Made by a program: the position numbers and the translations under genes. A DNA stretch of 64,000 bases from the human T2T-CHM13v2.0 reference genome, Homo sapiens, in the NCBI RefSeq assembly GCF_009914755.1, contig NC_060926.1, one strand, 5' to 3'. Shown piece by piece: positions 14,279-26,129 of this stretch. The notes under the pieces are model-generated. The model saw nothing but the letters and a program-made list of their open reading frames with translations. It made no database searches and was not told where the DNA came from. Every line of letters begins with the position of its first letter. Within the stretch, counting starts at the first letter, position 1.

Positions 14279-15058
14279 TTATATAAATACAAAAATTACT
14301 CAGCACCCCAAAATGTACAATTTACAATATCTGACATCCAATCAAAAATTACACAGTATACAATCAATCAAGAAAATACAAATCCTTAATAAAGACAGAA
14401 AATACATTCAAGCAAGCAAAACTACCCTATATTGACACTAGTAATTACCAGACAAGTTTACTAACCTGTAACATGTAACTAAGTTAATATATAAAATAAC
14501 TATTTCAATGTTAAAAAGATTAAGTAGAGACACAAAAGATATTACAAATATCCAAATTAAACTTCTGGAGTTTAAATTACCAACATTTGAGATAAAAATA
14601 GACTAGATGAGATTAACAGCATGAAATATGACAGAAAACAAAAAGATTATTGAAATAGAAGAAATAGTACCAGAAACTGCAACATAAAACATAAAGAAAA
14701 AAAAACTGAAGAAATGAAAAAGGTGTCAGTGAGGACAACTTCAATCAGGCTAATAATATACATGCAATTTGGGTCACTGAAGGAGAGAAAATGTATGATG
14801 GGAGGAACGAAGGAAGAAAAGTGTTTTAAGGAATAAATGGCTGAAAAGTTTTCAAATTTCATGAAATCGATAAACCCGCAGATCCAAGAATCTCAATAAA
14901 CCTCAAATACATGAAAAGAAATGAATAAAGCCGCATGAAGTCACATCATAACTAGATTGTTCATAGTCAGTGATGAAAAAAAATTCTTAAAAGCATGCTG
15001 AGTAAGAAAATAGGTTTATTTTCTTCTCTTGTGCACAGAAAGGAAAATAAACATGGAT

Positions 15059-15401
15059 TGCTATGGTTTGAATGTGTCCCCTCCAAAGTTCCTGTTGAAA
15101 GTTAATCACCATTTCAGTGGTATTCAGAGGTACAGCCTTCTGGGAAGTGATTAAGTGACGATGGCTCCACCCTCATGAATGGATTAGTGCTTTACTAGCA
15201 TAGACCCTGTTCACTTTCTGCTATGTGAGGCACAGCAGCAAGGTGCCATTTTGAAAGCAAGAGAGAAGCCCTCACCAGACACCAAATGCTGATACCTTGT
15301 TCTTGGATTCCCCAGTCTCCAGAACCATGAGAAACAAATTTCTCGTCTTTATAAATTACCCTGTCTCAGGTATTTTGCTATTGTAGCACAAACAAATTAA
15401 G
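15059..15401 (+). mobile_element. MaLR solo LTR (MSTB/C/D-like)
   Basis: Starts TGCTATGGTTTGAATGTGTCCCC. Contains CCCTCATGAATGGATTAGTG and TTTATAAATTACCC. Confidence 0.85.
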
Positions 15402-15480
15402 GATAACAGCACATTTCTCATTAGAAGCAATGTAATCAAGAAGACAGGGAAGAAATATCTTTAAAGAATTATATACCAGC

Positions 15481-15888
15481 TGATATGGTTTGGCTCTGTG
15501 TCCTCACCCAAATCTCATCTCAAATTTTAATCCCCCTGGTGGTAGGTGATTGGATCATGGGGCAGATTTCTCCCTTGCTGTTCTCATGATAGTGAGCGTT
15601 CTCATGAGATCTGATAATGTAAAAGTGTATGTCACCTCCTGCTTCTTTCTCTCTCACCTGCTGCTGCTTTCTCTCTCACCTGCTGCTTCTTTCTCTCTCA
15701 CCTGCTCCACCATAGTTGAAACATGCTTGCTTCCTCTTTGCCTTTCACCATGATTGTAAGTTTCCTGAGGCCTCCAAGTCATGCTTCCCATTAAGCCTGT
15801 GGAACTCTGAGTCAATTAAACCTCTTTTCTTTATAAATTACCCAGTCTCAGGTCATTCTTTATAGCAGTGTGAGAATGGACTAATACA
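15481..15888 (+). mobile_element. MSTA/THE1D-like solo LTR
   Basis: Termini TGATATGGTTTGGCTCTGTGTCC and GTGAGAATGGACTAATACA. Confidence 0.9.
15632..15706 (+). repeat. 22-bp tandem repeat, 3.4 copies (TCACCTGCTGCTTCTTTCTCTC)
   Basis: Units start at 15632, 15654, 15676 and 15698 (partial), each at most 1 mismatch from the consensus. Confidence 0.95.
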
Positions 15889-17869
15889 CAAGGAAAACTA
15901 TCTTTCAAAAACTAAAGTGAAATAAATACTTGATGATTCAGATAGAGAGAAAAGCATGCTACATGATCACACAGGTCTACACTGAGCATTAGGAACACGG
16001 GAAGTGGTAATTGCATAAGTAAAGGTGTGAGAGTCTTTTCCTGTTATTTAAATCTTATTAAATGATAACTGATCATTTAAAGAAAAATGATAACCATGTA
16101 TTTTATGGTTGATAACATATGTAAAAGTAAAATACACTACAAAAAGAGCACAAAGTGGGAGAAATGGAAGTATTTATTACAACACAAGAAGTGTTAGGGT
16201 ATCACTTGAAGGTAGGTTTTGATAAATTAAGATTTATACTCTAATCCCTAAAGCAACCATTAAAGTAACAGAACAAGGAATTACAGCTAATGAGCCAATA
16301 AAGAAGACAATATGGAATCATAAAAAAAAGAAACTAAATCCAAAAGAAGGAAGAAAAAAAGAATAGTGGAACAACAAAAACAAATACCAGAAGAAACAAA
16401 CAAACAAACAAATAGCAAAATTATAGATTTAAAGCCAAGTACAACAACAGTTACATTAAGTGAAAATGGCTAAGGACCCAAATAATAAGGCAGAAGATGC
16501 CAGACCAGATTTTTGAAAGCAAGACCCAACTATACGCCACTTGTAAGAATGGCTGACAGAAATAAATGTAAAATAACAGTATGAAAAAAGACATGCTGTG
16601 CTGATACCAAACAAAAGAAATCAGTAATGGCTTTATTTCCAGTTCCATATTTAGATCCTTCACTTGTTTCCATGCCAGAGTGCTGTCCTGTTCTTAGGTG
16701 CCAGCTTCATGCCTCAAGCCCTCCTAGACCAAGAGACCTACCCAAGAAACTCATCCCAAGACCGGGCCTTTTCCCCCATTCCCCTCACTCTGCCTGCCTA
16801 CCCTTAGACCTGCCCTTTCCCAAGCCTTGCTGTAAGCACCTCCACCAACTCCTGCAGGTCCACACCAATTTAAAAGACCCCATCCTGCCATGCCAGGACT
16901 TGCCTGAAGATCTTGTTCCATACTGTGACCTCCATGTCCCCAGTCTGCTCTTGCCACCATCAACAATTCATAATGGACCCCAATGTCAGGGCTTCATTGG
17001 CATTTACCACATGATTGTCCCCACCTTCTGTTATCGGGTAGCCCACCCTCCATAGCTATGTTGGTCCTAGAATCTGCTGATTTGCAGGTTTCCATGGATT
17101 ACACTCAGTCTCTGACGCTATCCCTGACCCATGTCACTTAGAGTTAATCGCTTGTGTGCATCTCTGAGCCCTGGTTCCTACTGACCTATGCCCAGGCTCA
17201 TTGTCTCCTTGAGGGCACCAGATGTGCTTCACCATGATCACACACCAAGTAAGTGCTATTACCATCTAATTAACCAAAGAGGTGTAAAAATTCCAGTCCT
17301 GACAATAGTGCTCATATTGAACTGTGATAGAAGAAGAGGTAATTTATTAATATTGTAAAAATATTCTTTCCATGGGTGTATTTCTGCCACTGTGGGTTTT
17401 TGAGATGTGCACAGGCAAAAGATTGTAAGTCTCTAGGGAGTAAATGTTATCCAAAGAGAAATATTCATATTGAAGGAATCTGCACGAACCTGGCTCCTTA
17501 TATGGCAGAAAATTAGCATATAAATACAGAATCCCAGTTGTCAACAATTTATCCCTCTGAGTGCCACAGACTGAATGCCACAGGTGAGGACCAGAGATCA
17601 GCACGGCAAGTTAGCTAGGCTCAAATCCATTTGGGGGTGAAAGTGTTTGAGAGGTTCCAGCTGGTGGTAGGTGCAGCCAAGACGCTGCCAAGCCCAGGAG
17701 TCCTGCCCTGCCCCTTTGTGCTGTCCCAAAGATTTGTTTGAGGACATCTGACGAGGCCATGTTGTGCAGACAGGAAGGTTCTTCCTTCCTGGAACTAGAG
17801 TTTTAATGCTGGCAGATACAAATAGAGCAGGTCCTGATTCCTGTGATAAGCCAGGGACCCAAATGAGGC

Positions 17870-18025
17870 CACAAATCAGTCACCTGGAAGTTTGTTAAAT
17901 ATACAGATCCAAGCAATCAGAATCTTCAGAGATGGGGCCAAGGAGGCCCTTATTTTTCGCAAGTTTCTCACGTAGGTCTCATAACTAGCAGCCTGGCAGA
18001 GATTAGGGAGGGAGCCACTGGGCTG
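17870..18025. mobile_element. MER5-like hAT DNA transposon relic
   Basis: TCACCTGGAAGTTTGTTAAATATACAGAT...AATCAGAATCT...GGGGCC. Confidence 0.55.
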
Positions 18026-18789
18026 AAATGTTATTTAAGTCAAACTCACCTTCTCACTCTGGTCCCCCAGGGTTGGAGATAGTTCTTCCAACAAAGCGTT
18101 TGGTCATATTCTTCCCATATGGAGGCCATTAAGGTAAAATATCTGCTCCGTGCCTGAACACAGCAGAAGTGAAGAAGTGGACTCACTCACCATTGTATCA
18201 GGGTCACTGTTCTGACATGTGATCTCTAAGAAGTTCCCTTTGGTCCTAGCGACACGGTCTTGAGCTGACAGCACTGGGTAGACACAGCCCATGATTGCTG
18301 GTGAAGAGTTTGCTCAGGAAAGTCTGGGTCATGACACAGAACAGCCTTATTGTGACAAGAATCCAGTGTGGAAAAAAAAGAGCCAGGTGTCAGAAGAAGC
18401 AGGCAACAGGAAATAGCAGCATGCATGAGAATTCATTTACCTATCATCTGCTCATCTGTTTGTCCATCCATCATCTAAATATTATTTCACTCAGACACTG
18501 GTTCAATCATTTAAAGATTCAACCAACACAAATCAGTGCCATGCATTAGGTGCTAAGGTACCCAGTTACATGGAGCCCTCAGGGAGTAGGCAATCTGGTG
18601 AATCAATGGTGAGTGTGTGACAGATGCACCATCTTCCCACCTCCCCTTCACCAGGCAGACAGACATCCGCAGCCTCAGGATCCTTCACAGCGAAGGAAGT
18701 GGGCAGCCGCTACCACTGTTTTGAGTTTTGAGGCAAAATGGAATCTATTTCACACTTAATCCAGAAGAGGAAACAAGGAGAAATTAATA

Positions 18790-18952
18790 CTGTTGGCATT
18801 GGACACACATTATCTTGTTTAATCCTCAAAACTGCCCTCAATAATTCATCTTATTATCTCCTTTTAATAGGTTTTTAAAAATGAGATTTGAGAGATGAGG
18901 TTATTTAACTAGAATTGAGGCTGAATTTCTGTCTGAACTCAGCTGTGTCTGG
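18790..18952 (-). mobile_element. MIR
   Basis: CATTATCTTGTTTAATCCTCAAAACTGCCCT...TGAACTCAGCTGTGTCTG. Confidence 0.6.
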
Positions 18953-19992
18953 AACCAGAATATGGGTTCCCTTTATCAGGAAGTGCTCTACCCTGGTGCT
19001 TGCCCAAAGATGGCAAGATGGAGCAGGAGGGGCGGATGGCTGAAGCCTGCTATGCTGAAGTGGGCAAGTGCCTGGGAGGCCGGAAGCCACCTGTGATGGG
19101 AGCTCAGGGTGACAAGATGCTCCTATGGGTTTGTAGTATTTAAGGCCAGAAAAAGAGTTCAACTGTAGTGAAGTTCTTTTAGGGCTGGAAGGAACTAGAA
19201 ATACCAAATAGCAACTTGTGCAAATTACTTTTCTGTATAAATAACATATGGCCTGTTTCTTTTAAAGTTGCTGGATTTTCAAGGCCACTACATTAAAGCA
19301 AGGGCCAAGGCACGAGTGAGGGCTTCACACATAGATCCCCAGGAATAAAGCAACAGTGTTGGTGAGAATGGTAGTAGTCTAGATGGAAAAGGGTTGAAAC
19401 CAAAGCCTCTGCCCAGAAGCTTCCACATGGCCATATGCAGGACTGGTTGCAGATGCAACAGCCAGGAGCTGGCTATATTTTTAACTTTTATATGAATAAT
19501 CTAGCAGTGCAGAGGCACATCTGATCTGTGCTATATGGCAACTTAAGTTTTTTTTCATTTTACTGCAGAATTTAGAGTTTGCTGGGTAGTTGGATGTGCC
19601 TTGTTTGGGTGTGTTCTGTAAACAATACACTGGGGTCACTCCCAATTCTCCAGAAGCTAAAATAATTGAAAGTTCATCATGTCGGCTCATTACTACATTT
19701 TGCTGTCAAGGGAGCCTCTTAGGTTTGGAAAACTTACCCCTTGGGGAAAATGTAGAATGGCATATTCATAAGAATTTTTCATTTGGGTAAAATTTAACTG
19801 AATAAACAATAAGTCTTCATTTTGTCCCAAGAATTGAGATAGATTGGTATATTTACTTTTCATAATAATCTTGTGACGAGGATTTACTGTTCCTGTTCTT
19901 TACAGGAAGAAATTGAGGCTTGAGAATCAAAATTCTTCTCCCCATCTCCACCCAAGCAAGAAGCAAAACAGGCAGAAACCTGAAAAACAATT

Positions 19993-20184
19993 TGTCTTGG
20001 TCAGTGCAATCTGTTATCACAAATTACCATAAGCTGTGTGGCTTATAAACAACGTAAGTTTATTTCTCACAGTTCTGGAGGCTGAAAATCTGAGATCAGG
20101 GTACCAGCAGGGTCAGATTCTAGTGAGATATTATTTTCTGGTTTCAAACTGCTGACTTCTTGTATCTTCACATGGACAAAAGAG
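19993..20184 (-). mobile_element. MLT1A-like LTR, truncated
   Basis: GGCTTATAAACAAC...TTTATTTCTCACAGTTCTGGAGGCTG. Stops abruptly at L1 sequence. Confidence 0.8.
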
Positions 20185-21145
20185 CTGTACAGAATTTACA
20201 GCTGAAAACCACAAAATACTAATGAAAATAATCAGAAAAGAACTAAATAATTGGTGAGATATATTGTGTTCATGAATTGGAGGACTCAATGTAGAAACAT
20301 CAATTTTCTAAAAATTGATCTACAGGTTTAATGCAATTTTTATCAATGTCTCAGCAAGTTATTTTATAGTTTTAGACAATATTATACTAAAATGTACTTG
20401 TAAATTCAAAGGAACAAGAACAGATAAAACACTCTCATAAAAGAAGAATAAAATAGGAGAAATCAGTGTACCTCATTTCAAGATTATTGTATACCTACGG
20501 TAATCAAGACTGTATGGTATTGGTGAAGGGATAGTCACAGGCATCAATGGAAGAAATAGAGAACTGGGAAACAGACCTGTACAACTATAACGAACTGATT
20601 TTTGACAAAAGTGTAAAATCAATTCAATAGAGAAAGAGTGGCCTTTTCAACTAATGGTACTACATAAAATCTATAGCAATATAAACTCTATGAAATTAAA
20701 TGCAAAGAAAAAGATTGCATGACTGAAGAGAAAACAGGAAACTTGCACATTATACAAAAATTAATTCAAAATAGGCCATACCTCCTACTGTAAAATATGA
20801 AAATATACAACTTTTAGGAGAAAACATAAGAGAAAAACCTTTGAATCCTAGGGTTTGCTGAAAAGTTTTTAGACATGATGCCAAAAGCATTATTCATAAA
20901 ATAAAATCACAACACATTGGACTTAATCAAAGTTAAAAACTTTTGTTCTGTGAAAGACTCTGATAAGAGGATGAAAAGGCAAACTACATTCTGAAAAGGG
21001 AACATTTGCAAACCATGTATTTGACAAGGAACTGGAATATATAAAGAACTGAGCAGTAAAAAAAATTCAATTATAAAATGGGCAAAAGATATGAAGAGGC
21101 ATTTCATCAGAAAGGATGTGCAGATGGCAAATAAGCACATGAAGA
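20185..21145 (+). mobile_element. L1M (L1MC-like) distal ORF2 segment
   Basis: GTAATCAAGACTGTATGGTATTGG, AACTGATTTTTGACAAAAGTG, CAGATGGCAAATAAGCACATGAA. Confidence 0.9.
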
Positions 21146-23460
21146 GCTAGAAATCCTTACCCAGAAAAATATATTTCCAAAAGAAGCATGGAATACTTTT
21201 TTAAAATACACAAAAGCTGGAAGAACTTATCACCAGCAGACCAGTGCTACAGAAATGTTAAAAGAAGACAAATGGTACTAGATAGAAACCTGAAGCTAAA
21301 TGAGGAAATAAAGGCACCAAGAATAACTGCTTGTGTAAATATACAGTTTGCATTTGTTTAAGATATATTTGGCTGTTTAAACCAAAAGTAATGACAATGT
21401 TTTGTGAGGTTTAAGACATATATACAAGTAAGATTGTTATGTTATTATACTATAATAATAAAACAAAAACGTAAAGAAGAAATATATGTTCTGTGTTAAG
21501 ATTCTTATACTATGGATGAAGTAGTGTAATATAACTTCAAAGTAGACTATGATAAGTTAAAGATATATACTACGAACCCTTAGGCAACCATTAAAATAAT
21601 ACATCAAAAATTATAAAGAGCCCACTAGTAAGATAAATCATAATAAATACTCAAGTAATTTTAAAATAAATAGAAAAATGGGAAAAGGGGAATAAAGTAT
21701 AAGCAAAAACAGCCCATTAAATGTAAATGGAATAAACATCTATTTAAACAGCATAGAATTTCAGATTGAGTAAAAAAGCATAACCTAAGTATATACTATG
21801 CATATACTATGTATAATAAACCCACTTAAACCTAAGGACTTTAATAGGTTAAAAGTAAAATGGTAGAAAAAGACCCTTTTAGCAACTAATCCTAAACAAA
21901 GATAGCTGGAGAGGCTATATTAACATTAAGTAGATTTCAAAGCAAAGAATATTAGTAAGATTAAAGTGGTTCATTTATAATTAAAAGGGAACAAATTCAT
22001 CAAAACGACCTAACTCTAAATGATCATACACCCAACAACAAAACTTCCGAATACGTGACTCACAAATGGATAAAACTGAAAAGAGAAATAGACAAATTCA
22101 CAGATGTAGAGGACTTGTTTCAAGTGTAAATGGAATGTTAGAAAAGAAGAATGGTCTCAAGTCAACTTGGAAAATGAGAAAACTAGAAAAAGAATAGAAA
22201 ATGAAAGCTAGGATAAGCAGAAGAAAGGAAATAATAAAGATCAAAGGAGAAAGCAATAAAACAGACAAAAGAAAAACAAAATAATAGAGAATAGTAATGA
22301 AACCAACAGATGACTCTTTGAGAAGTTTGATGAAGTTAATCAACTTCTAGCTACACTGAAAAGGAAAAAAAAGAGAGGAGACAAAATTGCAGCTAATATT
22401 AGGAAAGAAAGAAGTAACCTCACTACAGTGTCTACAGATACAAATAAGATAAAAAGAAAACAGTATAAACAACTTTTATGCCAATAAATTCAACAACTTA
22501 GATAAAATGGATAAATTCCTTGGATAAAATGGATAAATTCCTTGAAAGACACAACCCCGAAAGTTTGCTCAAGAAGGAGGCAACATGAATAGCCTCATAT
22601 TTATTAAAGAATTGTATCTATAGTTAAAAACTATCCCACAAGGAAAGCTCTCTGCCCAGGTGCCTTCGCTGGTGAATTGAATGGAACATTTACATAAGAA
22701 TGAATATGTTAATTCTACACAAACTTTTTCAGAATATTGAACAAGAGGAAATACTGCATTTTTTTTGTTGTTGTTTTCTTTTTTATTCTCATCCCAAAAC
22801 TAGTCTAAGACATTACAAGAAAAGAAAAGTACAGGCTAATAATACTATGGACATAGATGCAAAAATTCTTAATGCACTTTTAGTAAATCAATTCCAACAA
22901 TATGGAATTGGCCAAGTAGGGTTAAATTTTACAAATCAATTTATGTAACTCACTAATTAGAAGACTGAAAAATAAAAATAAAACATATATCATCTTAGTA
23001 AATGCAGGGAAATCATTGACAACAATTAGTAGTCAATCTTGATTAAAAACTTTCAGTAAACTAGGGATAGAAGGAATTTTCTCAAAGTAAGAGCCATGTT
23101 CAAATAACCTATAGCTAACAGTGATTAATGGCAAAACACTGAATGCTCTTCACCTAAAATCAGGGACATGGTGTGGATATCTGCCCTCACCAGTTCTAGT
23201 AATCATCATGGTAGAGTTGCTAGCAAGTGCAATAGCTTAAAAAAAAACCAGGCATTTATATTGGAAAGAAAGAAAGAAAACTATATTAATCTGCAGATAA
23301 CCTATGACATGATTGTCTACATGAAAGTGAAATCCACAAAAAACTGCTACAACTAATAAGTGAGTTTAGCAGAGTTGTAGGGTACAATAACAACATAAAA
23401 ATTGAATTGTACTTCTACATAATATCAATAAAAAACATAAGTTATCATTTAAAACAAATA
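21146..23460 (+). mobile_element. L1M: end of ORF1, spacer and proximal ORF2
   Basis: TCACCAGCAGACC...AGAAATGTTAAAAG (ORF1 end), AAACTAGGGATAGAAGGAA and AATAAGTGAGTTTAGCA (ORF2). Confidence 0.85.
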
Positions 23461-25757
23461 TTCTCTCTATTCCATAGCATTGCACTCCTGAGAAGCGAAC
23501 AGATAGCCTCAGCCAGGGATTTCCATAGCGAGCTTTCCAGCTAGTCTTTTGGTATCAGCCCACCTCCAGGGAATAAGTTGCTACTGATAACATAGGGAGG
23601 GGAGCACAAACATCCAACACATGACTTGGACATCTCTCAGAACAGATACAATTTCATGTCTTAAAAAATATGTTTTCAGCCTACTATTTCATGAGGCAAT
23701 TTTTAAAATCTACTATTTCCATTCAGCATATGCTTTACATTCTGTCTGAAACCTTGTATCTTGAACTTCAAGCTATAAGCTGTAAGGTTACACGATGCCT
23801 TCCACATTTATTTACCCTTTGGTTTTTGGTAAAACTCCATGGAGCAAGAATCAGGCCTCAGTGTTCCCTTCCTCAAATGTACAACAGGGTGGCTTTAGGG
23901 CAAAGACATGGGGTCCTGCTTGGTGGTCAATCCCTGGTTATCATGTGACCTGAGGTGTAGTTGGATCTGCAGCTCAGTCTAGAAAGCCATGACAACCCAC
24001 AAAGGGTAACCTAGGGTCCTACTGGACCCTCCTCTCTGAGGTGGTCTTACAAAGATAAAGTTTCAGAAAATGGTGTGCATGTGCTGGGTCTCTTACCCAA
24101 CCCCTCCAGAGGGATTCCCAGCCCTAAAGAGTTGCCTTAGGTTTGATCTCACATCAAACACAGACCCAAGGCTCTGACCCTTCATTATTTTTTAGCACTA
24201 AAAACTAAAGCATTCGGAGATCTCTGTGCATGAAGTTTGGAGGACCTGGCAGTGGGCTCCCATCCTGCCCTGCACAGCCTATTTTCAAGCCCCAGTCCAT
24301 GTTCTCTCTGTCTTCTTTAGCATTGGCACCACGAGGCTCCATCTCTGTTTCAGTGCTTCTCATTTCATAATCCTCAGCTTAGTGCTCTAGAGGGTATGTT
24401 CAAGTCCCAGCACTTCTCCTGAATTGAGCCACCCAGCCAGAATGGTCTACCTTGCTCAGTCTCCTCTTTATTTATTGCTAACTCTTCCTAGAAACACAAA
24501 GCAGGGGAGTGAACTGGGACCACCAGCTCACTGTGGGCTCAAAAATAGGTATTTTCCACAGCAGAACTTCGTGGCTCATCCCCACTCTTCATTTCACTGT
24601 AGGGCCTCAGCCCCCAAATGATGATCAACCTGCCTCATTCCTTCACATTCTTGATGGACCCCTCTTGAGACCCACTGCACATCTTCTGGTGCAAAACCTA
24701 AATATACAGAGAAATGGGCATTATGAGCGATTTGGGGATACTTTTTGGTCAATAAAGACAAAAGACAGAGAGGGGATTGGACTCTCATTTGCTGAGAGCA
24801 TGCTGTGTACGGAGCATGTTACCTCCAGCCAGTCCTTATGCCGTAAGCAGGCTTTCCTCTCGCACCTGAGAGCCTGGCCCCTGGACCTAATCCTTGTGGA
24901 GATCTGTTCCTGATCCACCCCTGATTCCTGCCCTCTGTACTCTTGCCTGTGGACTTTTATTATCCTTCCAACTTCATTCTTGTAGGGTCTCAAATCCTTT
25001 CCTTGGCTTCCCTTCAGACTGCCTCTGTGCTGTCATGGTCTTTCTTGGGAAGACCTTCTTCTGCTTTCTCTCTAGGAACAACTCGGCCAGGTATAGTTGC
25101 CTTTCCCAAGATTACAATTTAGCCCAGGATTCAGTCCCATGGTATCTCCGCCAGGATAGAGCCCACGGGCAAGATTAAATTATCTCATCCTCACAGTTAG
25201 ATCTTTGCAGAGCTTAGCAATGCCATCTGAGAAAGGAGGCATCTGAAGTTATCAAGCAGACAGGTAACTCCGACCAATTCAGCACTCTGCCCCAACTCCA
25301 GATTCTGTGGTAGGCATCTGATATGGGGCTTCCAGCTTCCAAACAGCAGCTACATGTTCATAAGCATCACTGGAGGTCTTTGGTACATTTTGTGTGGTTT
25401 TATAAAAAATGATATTTTAAGTGTTCTCATTCATTTTCTCTTTTTGTCAAAAAAAAAAAAAATGCCACAGCATTCAGCGTTTAAGTGGTTGAGGAGGATG
25501 AGTGTAAGCAGGTAGAATATGGATCATATCCCCATGCTCTCTCTGAATCCTCCGTCTGTGCCCCACCATAAGCATAGACATACTGGCTACCACATTACCT
25601 CATCTTCTCAGGCTTAACTCAGTGTCCATATTAAATTCTCATAGTTTTTGCTGAATTCATTGACTCCCTGACACTTTTCCACACAATGAAAACATTCTGG
25701 ATTAAGATATAATTTATAAGTCAGTTCAGTATGAATTACTATTGCATAAATTTTCTT

Positions 25758-26057
25758 TCTTTTTTTTTTTTCTTTGAGATGGAGCCTTGCTCTGTTGCCC
25801 AGGCTGAAGTACAGTGGCATGATCTCTGGTCATTGCAACCTCTGTCTCCTGGATTCAAGTGATTCTCCTGCTTCAGCCTCCTGAGTACCTGGTATTACAG
25901 GTGTGTGCCACCATACCTGGCTAAGTTTTCTATTTTCAGTAGAGATGGGATTTGGCCATGTTGGCCAGGCTGGTCTTGAACTCCTGACCTCAGGTGATCT
26001 GCCTGCCTCGGCCTCCGAAAGTGCTGGGATTACAGGTGTGAGCCACTGCACCTGATC
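25758..26057 (-). mobile_element. AluSx-type
   Basis: Full dimer. TSD TATTGCATAAATTTTCTT (25740) / TATTGCATGCATTTTCTT (26059). Confidence 0.95.
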
Positions 26058-26129
26058 ATATTGCATGCATTTTCTTCTGGGGAAAAAATCTTGCAAGAAA
26101 TACTCCCATTCAATAAAGTGACATACAAA

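Noticed and set aside
16627-17055. 142-aa Pro/Leu/Cys-rich ORF
   Set aside because: Starts inside the L1 end, has no recognisable homology, and its composition reflects C-rich DNA.
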